This document shows positions 57,300 through 64,000 of a stretch of DNA of 64,000 bases, in pieces. A model generated the notes under the pieces. The model did no database searches and was not told where the DNA came from. It saw nothing but the letters and a program-made list of their open reading frames with translations. A program made the position numbers and the translations under genes. Positions within the stretch are counted from its first letter, which is position 1. Every line of letters starts with the position of its first letter. Origin of the DNA: an uncultured virus (IMG/VR IMGVR_UViG_3300013119_000533) (taxonomy: Duplodnaviria; Heunggongvirae; Uroviricota; Caudoviricetes). Location of the stretch: positions 1-64,000 of IMG/VR virus record IMGVR_UViG_3300013119_000533; one strand, written 5' to 3'.

Positions 57300-60200
57300 T
57301 CAAAACCTATATGCCGAGGTTGTGGGCCCAGAAGATCTGGCGGTACTTGCTGGGGCACGGTTGTATGATGTACTTCTCGGCGTTGCTGTTCTAACTCTCG
57401 ACGTGGCGCGTGAACTTGCACTGGGTGCCCTAGAGACACGCTGTGTTGAAGTTGCTCTCGATGCCCTTGATGCAGTAGACGCAGTGGTGCGCGTTGCTGT
57501 ACGCACTGCTGGGGACGTCATAGTAGATCGCATATCGGATCTAGGCGCTGCCGAACTTCGTGTTTGCATGCCTGTTCTTGGTGATGGACCTCTCTTTGAT
57601 CCCTTTACCTTAACTGCACCCACATCTACATTGGTTGAAATGCTCACTTGTTTTTGTAATTGTGGCGCAGCTGGGTTTGCCACTGGTGCTGGTGGCAACG
57701 GAAGAACTGTTGTCGGTAACGAAACTCGATCATTTCGAAAACTTCTGGCGGACTCTGCAAAAATTCTTCCAGTTGGAAAATTTGGTGCTGAAGTCTGTGG
57801 GATTTGCGGTATTTCTTCAACGGGCACCTGTCGAATAAAGTTAAGCAACCCTGGGTACATCCCCTCCTCCCTATTAAATCTGCTATCTTCATTTACCACA
57901 TCGTTGCCGTCGGGTCTGTTATCCATAAGTCCGCACGCGACGTTGGAACTGATGAACTCCTCAATACCAGTATCTGATAGAGTCCTGTTCGATTCTTCAA
58001 GTCCTTTAATTGAATTGGAGTATTTAAACGATGCATCGGCCATCTCTTCTGTTACTGAACTCATAAAATTAAAATAAACGTTATAAGATGGTATCGAAGA
58101 ATTTTCGCCTGAATCGGATGCGTGGTGATTAGATTTATTCATAGCGCCAATGATACCATTTGCAGAAGGTGCGCCATACCTTTTCTGGTACATTTTGATT
58201 TCTTGTACAAAATTACTAATTAGCCTGCCTTGCTCTGGAGCAGCCAATATCGCTCGGCGTTTACGACGCTTTCTCTTCATTTTTGGTCTTGAGGGTCCAC
58301 GGCCGAGGCGTTTTGCTTCGTGATGAGATTTTGCTTCTTGTTGCCTTCTTAGGTCCTCTGCTTTCTCTCGGGCGCGAGCGGCTTGCTCTTCTCTATTCAT
58401 CTCGTCTTCATCAAAAAACACTTCATCATCGCCGATAACAATAGACATTGGGGTAATTCGGTCCATTGCAGCACCAACTGCCCCTCCTGGAAAGAACTTT
58501 GCTCTCTCCCTATTCAACCTATCTTCATATGTTTCCTCGGAGACTTCAGGAATCCCCATACCTCTCTGTAGATCACCCTCTCCCCAAAATCTAAAAAACA
58601 CCTTTTGAAGGGGATCCATTTCAATATAATTATCGCTCTCGATAGCTCTCTCTTCATCTGTTGAACCATCTGGATTTTCTTCCACATTAGAGAACCATCT
58701 TTGCATACTCAACGTATTATCTCCCCTCGCTGAATATCCACTTCCTTCGTTAGATAGTGAGAACTTATATCCAATATCAAAATAATCCTCCAGATCCATA
58801 ACAAGATCCTGGTATGTTTTAATAAAAGATTGAATTGTTTCTGGTCTGGCGTTGGAAGGATTAATCATATTATACATTGCAGTGTTGGCTGCATCCATAG
58901 ACATCCCTTCTCTAGACATCAACAGATCCTTTGGCCTAGCATTAATGCCAGCAAAGTTGCCCTCGTTCACAATACCTCTTTCGCCATCATTGCCCTGAAC
59001 TGGATTTGAGAAATTGTACATACTAACTTCAGACTTTGCAAAAGCAACATCTATTAACTCTATATAATTACCAACATAACCTTGAAGATTGTACTTTCTT
59101 CTTGCTCGTCTAACAAAATCAGTAACTAACAGTTTGGATACCGTATTGTAATTCCCTTGCTGCAATGTCTCCCCATATTGTGGAGGATCTCTAACTTCAT
59201 CCATACCAACTGGTTGTGTTGGATCTGTTTTTCTAATCATCCTAGAATCAAAGACAGGAATTGAAGATTCTTGTAGGTATAAATTTAATTCTTTTAAGTT
59301 TCTTCTTGCCGTTTGCAACAAGTTGATAAATCGATCTTTAGTTGGATCCTTTATTCTCAATTTAATTCCATACTGGAAAACTGCACCTGTTCCAAGATAA
59401 TCCGCCACCTGTCTGTCTTCTATGAAAAACTTCCTTTTTACTACCCCTGCCCACCCTGGAACTGCCAACTCTACTATCTTTGAATCGCGGTCTTCCTTGG
59501 TGACAATATTTCTTGCACTCACCCCACCTGTGGCTGCGGCGTTTTGCCCACTCGTAGCAACAACGAAATCCTCTTCTTCTATCTGATCAAACGGGATTCT
59601 TGTGGGTGCTCCGAGTTTGTTATGTCCGATCAACCTCTTGGTGACCCTTCTCCTCAGTACCGTTATTTCCAAAATATCTAAGAGAGCAGGGTACCCCAGC
59701 ATCACGTTTGTTGGGTTTGACTTAACCAGATCATAGTACCTAGTTTGTTCGTATATCGATGCCATGTCAATAATGAATTCTATATTGGCAACCTTTTCAA
59801 TCCTATCAAAATCAACAACGACTTCTTCTACATCGAAAAAATCTTTATAATTCTTTTCTATCAAATCAAGAGAGGGGATTGAATCGTCAAATGTTTGAAA
59901 CTCCGATGGCTGATAGTTCGTCTCCTTCAATCTCTCCATAGATCGAAAGTCCTGTATCTTCGTCAATGGCACCTGGTGAGTGGTCAGCGCTCTACTGGAG
60001 TCTCGATGAGACAATCCTGTCATGAGTGTACCGTTTCCCATACTATGAACAGGTCCATAATAAGGCACTTTCGTTATAGCGTCCTTATAGACTAGTGCTG
60101 TAGATTCTACGCGGTTGCCTCTGGTTATAACATCTGCAGTGATGTCGCCCGTCATGTAACCCAACCTTCTTACTTCTTCTGATGACAATTCATCCAGACT

Positions 60201-60872
60201 TAAAGAACTGAAGTCAAAATAAGTAAAACAAATCATCGAAAGGTTTTCACAACGTCCAAAAAAGAGATTTTCAACTTTAAAGGTGTGTTCGTATGGAATA
60301 ATGTTTATCAGGTTATTGTTGATATCATACTCTTGGTACTGTGAGTTTCTAACCTCAAAACCCAAAGTATCGGGCCTGGCGTCTTTGATTTGAAGTACCA
60401 CTTTTTCAGTTGTTCTGTTTAACAATTGTACTGTTTGTTGCAGGTAGTTCTCGAATGTCGGCATTATTGAAGGCAAATCCAACCGCCACCCAAACGCATT
60501 GAAAGATCTTATTGTATTCAACATGGTCTCAAATGCGGCATTATCACTAAACAGGAGTACAGCAACCTTCAAAGAAGACAGTATCTCGTCTTGTATTTGG
60601 TTTGGGTCCTCGTCTGGATTTTGATTGTTCGTTATAACGCCCAACCCCTCTTCGTTCAAAACGTCCCTAATTTGACAATCAACCGTTATTGCAGTTCCTG
60701 GACGGAACCTCCTGTCCTGAGATGCCCCCTCTGAAAGACCAGAAGCGAACCTGTTCGGTACCTTAGTATCCTCCAGTGTTATTCTGCGAGTGTATATCTT
60801 TGGGAGAAATTGTCCCACAATATCATCAGAATTTCTAAATCTTTGTGTCATTCTCCTATTCACACTCCCCAC
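57300..60872 (-). CDS. large hypothetical (probable virion) protein with Arg/Ser/Thr-rich tail
   Basis: 1190-aa ORF within the structural cluster. Confidence 0.6.
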   Translation of the reverse strand: MGSVNRRMTQRFRNSDDIVGQFLPKIYTRRITLEDTKVPNRFASGLSEGASQDRRFRPGTAITVDCQIRDVLNEEGLGVITNNQNPDEDPNQIQDEILSSLKVAVLLFSDNAAFETMLNTIRSFNAFGWRLDLPSIMPTFENYLQQTVQLLNRTTEKVVLQIKDARPDTLGFEVRNSQYQEYDINNNLINIIPYEHTFKVENLFFGRCENLSMICFTYFDFSSLSLDELSSEEVRRLGYMTGDITADVITRGNRVESTALVYKDAITKVPYYGPVHSMGNGTLMTGLSHRDSSRALTTHQVPLTKIQDFRSMERLKETNYQPSEFQTFDDSIPSLDLIEKNYKDFFDVEEVVVDFDRIEKVANIEFIIDMASIYEQTRYYDLVKSNPTNVMLGYPALLDILEITVLRRRVTKRLIGHNKLGAPTRIPFDQIEEEDFVVATSGQNAAATGGVSARNIVTKEDRDSKIVELAVPGWAGVVKRKFFIEDRQVADYLGTGAVFQYGIKLRIKDPTKDRFINLLQTARRNLKELNLYLQESSIPVFDSRMIRKTDPTQPVGMDEVRDPPQYGETLQQGNYNTVSKLLVTDFVRRARRKYNLQGYVGNYIELIDVAFAKSEVSMYNFSNPVQGNDGERGIVNEGNFAGINARPKDLLMSREGMSMDAANTAMYNMINPSNARPETIQSFIKTYQDLVMDLEDYFDIGYKFSLSNEGSGYSARGDNTLSMQRWFSNVEENPDGSTDEERAIESDNYIEMDPLQKVFFRFWGEGDLQRGMGIPEVSEETYEDRLNRERAKFFPGGAVGAAMDRITPMSIVIGDDEVFFDEDEMNREEQAARAREKAEDLRRQQEAKSHHEAKRLGRGPSRPKMKRKRRKRRAILAAPEQGRLISNFVQEIKMYQKRYGAPSANGIIGAMNKSNHHASDSGENSSIPSYNVYFNFMSSVTEEMADASFKYSNSIKGLEESNRTLSDTGIEEFISSNVACGLMDNRPDGNDVVNEDSRFNREEGMYPGLLNFIRQVPVEEIPQIPQTSAPNFPTGRIFAESARSFRNDRVSLPTTVLPLPPAPVANPAAPQLQKQVSISTNVDVGAVKVKGSKRGPSPRTGMQTRSSAAPRSDMRSTMTSPAVRTATRTTASTASRASRATSTQRVSRAPSASSRATSRVRTATPRSTSYNRAPASTARSSGPTTSAYRF

Positions 60873-61908
60873 TTGTATCTGGACTCAGGGGTGGAAGTTC
60901 CAGCACAGATGTCTTAAATCTTCTTGCGTCTTCTATTCCCTGCTTTATTCCATTCTTTAGTTTATTTGGATTTGTTCCAAAAAAGTCCAAACCAAACTCA
61001 TCTGCAACTTCTCTGTCGACGAGCAACTCGAAATATTGTTCAATATAATCCCTGGAAATGACACCTCTAGTATTTTTTGTGGTATAAATTCTCTTGAGAG
61101 ATTCTACTTCTGCACTCCCTTGTTTATCTTTAACTTCTTTTGTTTCAACTTCAAAAAACTCTACTTCAAAGTTTTCCCGCTTGTAATCTGTAGCGCGCTC
61201 GATCAAACTAAGGACAAGAGCATTGTCCTCCACGGAAAGTCTCATATTGTCTGTAAACACTATCTCATCCTCGATTCCGCTATAGGTTACTCTGAACTCT
61301 TCGGGCGGTAGTGCATAGTCTGGGTCTGTTGATGGAATCGATTCTGCTTTCAGGTTATAATCCACTTCCATAGTAAGTACGGGTCTTTTTATTCCCACGT
61401 TGGGCGATGAGGAACTCACATTAAATTGCGTCATCGTACCATCCATTATGCTTTCCACATCCCAAGACGGGACAATCTGCTCGCCAAGGAGAGAGTTGCC
61501 GATCATGTTTCTTACGAGATTTCTATCATCAGCACCCATTTTCTCTTCGGTCAGGAAATCATTACCGTACAGTTCGCCAGCTGGCAGTTCCTCGATCCGT
61601 CCCGTTTTGCGAGCTTGCCATCCGAGACCCCTCTGTTTGTTAATTTCATGCCCATTCAAAGTAAGGATCCTAGTTTCTACACCATCATGCTCATAGTGAG
61701 TTCTTACTCTTTGTGTTTCTTTTTGAATTCTTGTCGATGTCTCTTTTGCTTTTTCAGGCTCGACTCCAGCGTACTCTACATTGTATAATATTTCATCGTC
61801 GGAAAAAACATAATATACTGGTTTGAATTTACCTTTTGCTAGCAGGTACTTTCCTAATTGAGTTAGTTCTATATCTAATACATCTTCCTTCTTATTAAAA
61901 AACGACAC
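60856..61908 (-). CDS. virion structural protein, N-terminus similar to 52793-53818
   Basis: FFNKKEDVLDIELTQLGKYLLAKGKFKPVYYVFSDDEILY. Confidence 0.55.
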   Translation of the reverse strand: MSFFNKKEDVLDIELTQLGKYLLAKGKFKPVYYVFSDDEILYNVEYAGVEPEKAKETSTRIQKETQRVRTHYEHDGVETRILTLNGHEINKQRGLGWQARKTGRIEELPAGELYGNDFLTEEKMGADDRNLVRNMIGNSLLGEQIVPSWDVESIMDGTMTQFNVSSSSPNVGIKRPVLTMEVDYNLKAESIPSTDPDYALPPEEFRVTYSGIEDEIVFTDNMRLSVEDNALVLSLIERATDYKRENFEVEFFEVETKEVKDKQGSAEVESLKRIYTTKNTRGVISRDYIEQYFELLVDREVADEFGLDFFGTNPNKLKNGIKQGIEDARRFKTSVLELPPLSPDTSGECE

Positions 61909-61913
61909 TCTTA

Positions 61914-64000
61914 TTACTCCTTACTAAATCCAACGAATCCAGATGACTGCAAATCAAGGGGTTTGTACTTAAAATCAATAGAAGTACCAATATTAACTAG
62001 TTCAATTAACGAAAAGTAATCATATGGCCAGTTAAAACCATACTCAAATATATCATTTTCCACACTAAGTTTCTTTTCAGGATGTCCGTCTGGAAGTTTG
62101 TCTAGTTTCTTTTTCTTAAAGTAATTCGTTTGTGCTTTCTGCTTAACCTTGAATACCATCCACTGGACGTCTTCATCAAACCCGCCATCCTCCATGAGGT
62201 CGGTTGGTCCGAATAGTTCATGATCAACCACTTGCGAACTAATAATCCTAGAACCCTCTCCATAGTACGAATCCAAACCGACGTCGGGTGTCACATTTTG
62301 CCAAATATTTGCTACATCCTGACGTGAAAGCGTTACGGAAAACTCAAATATATACATTGCAAATGGTTCAATAAATTTTGAAGTCGGATCATTATATTTT
62401 AAGAAGTTAAAGTGCGGTGGAATATTATAATCCATCATAGATTTAACCATCTTGAAAATGGATCTTCTTGGTGTAATTGCTCTAGGTGGATCACCCAACC
62501 TATCACTCGATGCATCACCTGGTAAAGACCCTCCTGATCTGCGGGCAGCTGCATCGTCTAAAATATTCGCTGCTTCTCTCTGTTCACGGCGAGCATCTTC
62601 CGTGTCAAGTCTATATTCTGGGAATCCCAAATTTCTAACTGACTGGTATACTTCCTCTTTTGGAAGTTTGAAGAACTTCTTTTCTCCATTAACAGTCTTA
62701 AAAGGAACTGCGATAACCGCCTCTTTGATTAATTTTGATGATGGGAGCGAACCGATTTTGTTATATTCACGTTCTATCCCAAGTCCTATAAGTTTAGATA
62801 GGTCTCCCTTTGATCGATCTCTAGGTCCACCAATCCAAACAGACGGGCGAGTCTTGCCTGTTATGCTGCCTGTCTGGTGCCAGATCCCTTTTATTTTCGG
62901 CAAAGTCTGTGTCGTTTTTGAAGTTCTTGGTTGATCAACATCTCCATCGGCGGTGCCAGTGAAGTTAAACGTAGGACACTCAAATCTAGTTTGAAGTACC
63001 AAAGAACTTCTATTTTCAATAATATCCCCTGTTTCAGAATTATATGATTGAACAAAACTATCTTCATTAAATCCAAAACCACTGAAACTGGCACTAAGGT
63101 GCATGGCATGATCCCTGTTTACAGAAGCTGGTATCATCATAGTCACTGACGAGTCTGTGGTGGATCTTCCAGATCCCTTAGAAGACATGGACCCCGTTGC
63201 TGATACGAATCTCTCAAATTCGACAGTAGTTTCTGAAAGGATTTGTCTTATTGAATTATATTGGGTATTTGAGTCTGGAGTAAATTTTAACGTCGCTTCT
63301 GCAAGACCGTCATAATGAGGCGGCAAATATGGTGCAAACCCATACCCTAGTTTGTCATAATATCTTGGCAAGTTAATACCACCAGGCGTCTTGGTTTTGA
63401 CTCGACCAACGTCGCACGGCGGGCCGAAAGCTGCTGGATTGTTATACATTGGATTATCACGACTTGTCCCGCGGCCGCTGCCAAGTATAACTCTTGCCTC
63501 ATAGGTGCTCACACTGGAGTCGATTTCTTGTGGGACATCTGATGACCTTATTGTCACACCCTTACTGTTTTCAATAAACAAGTTCAAACATTCTGCATAG
63601 AAATTACTTGCGGCGCGGGTGTACATCGTTGTTGTCGATGCTATTGCATCAAGATCAAGTTTAGTTACGAGAGAAGACGAGTGCGCAGCGACACCACGGA
63701 CGAAATCCGTATTTTGAACTGCACCCGTGACATTAAAACTGCCCGACCATACGGTTGGCCCAGACAAATCACCAGTCAATCTTCTCTTAACGGTATTGGC
63801 ACCCAAGAGACTTGCGCTCGGATGAGGTTCCATTTCATAAAACAACGTCTGATTTCCATCTTCTGTAGAAACTGTGGGCGGAGTGTATATCGCAGGATCT
63901 ACAATTGCCTCAAACGGTATTCTTGTAACGGACTTTATCCCCGTGTCTATATTCAAACTCAGCGAAGTGGGTTCACTACCTATATCCATCGATCCAGTGT
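61914..64000 (-). CDS. C-terminal part of a large virion protein (5' end outside the window)
   Basis: Frame open to the window edge; ends QWMVFKVKQKA...YGFNWPYDYFSLIEL. Confidence 0.65.
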   Translation of the reverse strand, partial: TGSMDIGSEPTSLSLNIDTGIKSVTRIPFEAIVDPAIYTPPTVSTEDGNQTLFYEMEPHPSASLLGANTVKRRLTGDLSGPTVWSGSFNVTGAVQNTDFVRGVAAHSSSLVTKLDLDAIASTTTMYTRAASNFYAECLNLFIENSKGVTIRSSDVPQEIDSSVSTYEARVILGSGRGTSRDNPMYNNPAAFGPPCDVGRVKTKTPGGINLPRYYDKLGYGFAPYLPPHYDGLAEATLKFTPDSNTQYNSIRQILSETTVEFERFVSATGSMSSKGSGRSTTDSSVTMMIPASVNRDHAMHLSASFSGFGFNEDSFVQSYNSETGDIIENRSSLVLQTRFECPTFNFTGTADGDVDQPRTSKTTQTLPKIKGIWHQTGSITGKTRPSVWIGGPRDRSKGDLSKLIGLGIEREYNKIGSLPSSKLIKEAVIAVPFKTVNGEKKFFKLPKEEVYQSVRNLGFPEYRLDTEDARREQREAANILDDAAARRSGGSLPGDASSDRLGDPPRAITPRRSIFKMVKSMMDYNIPPHFNFLKYNDPTSKFIEPFAMYIFEFSVTLSRQDVANIWQNVTPDVGLDSYYGEGSRIISSQVVDHELFGPTDLMEDGGFDEDVQWMVFKVKQKAQTNYFKKKKLDKLPDGHPEKKLSVENDIFEYGFNWPYDYFSLIELVNIGTSIDFKYKPLDLQSSGFVGFSKE

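Noticed and set aside
57322..58077. 251-aa plus-strand ORF
   Set aside because: It is antisense to the low-complexity, GC-richer tail of the 1190-aa gene, has no SD or recognisable motif, and is best explained as a shadow ORF.
305..62934. Numerous 60-160 aa plus-strand ORFs
   Set aside because: Nearly all lie antisense within long minus-strand genes with clear phage motifs; no independent evidence of expression.
1..64000. Alternative genetic code (stop-codon reassignment) as seen in some large phages
   Set aside because: Core genes are full length in the standard code, and TAA, TAG and TGA all occur as genuine stops at tight gene junctions.
1..64000. tRNA genes, CRISPR arrays, introns or inteins
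   Set aside because: Intergenic gaps are short; no cloverleaf or repeat-spacer pattern was seen; terminase, portal, MCP and primase are uninterrupted and of ordinary size.

Overview
The whole window is the virion-morphogenesis region, plus part of the replication and lysis region, of a large contractile-tailed (myovirus) dsDNA phage with T4-superfamily head and tail genes. Essentially all real genes are on the minus strand and use the standard genetic code with strong AGGAG(G) Shine-Dalgarno sites. In transcription order (right to left): large baseplate/virion proteins, J-domain protein, RuvC-like resolvase, primase, fused Mre11-Rad50 (SbcD-SbcC), a holin/spanin-like cassette, large terminase, portal, prohead protease, a ribosomal protein bS21 homolog, scaffold, major capsid protein, neck proteins, two paralogous tail-completion proteins, two paralogous fibre proteins, sheath, tube, a tail-assembly-chaperone pair joined by a T7 slippery site, two paralogous tape-measure-like proteins, tube initiator, LysM/wedge protein and baseplate hub. 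The hub is followed by a translationally coupled block with a minimal family-A DNA polymerase and a degenerate tubulin/FtsZ-like protein, then thymidine kinase and a ParB-like protein. Most notable: (i) systematic duplication of tail parts; (ii) an in-frame nested start with a perfect SD just behind a ZU5-like domain in the long fibre gene; (iii) a +1/-2 frameshift site; (iv) an unannotated 16-aa RRCC peptide in frame with the prohead protease and followed by a hairpin; (v) an ACTA(T/A)TTA putative late-promoter motif; (vi) phage bS21; (vii) pervasive [S/T]-[G/A]-S motifs in external virion proteins. All product calls come from motif recognition by eye; no database searches were run.
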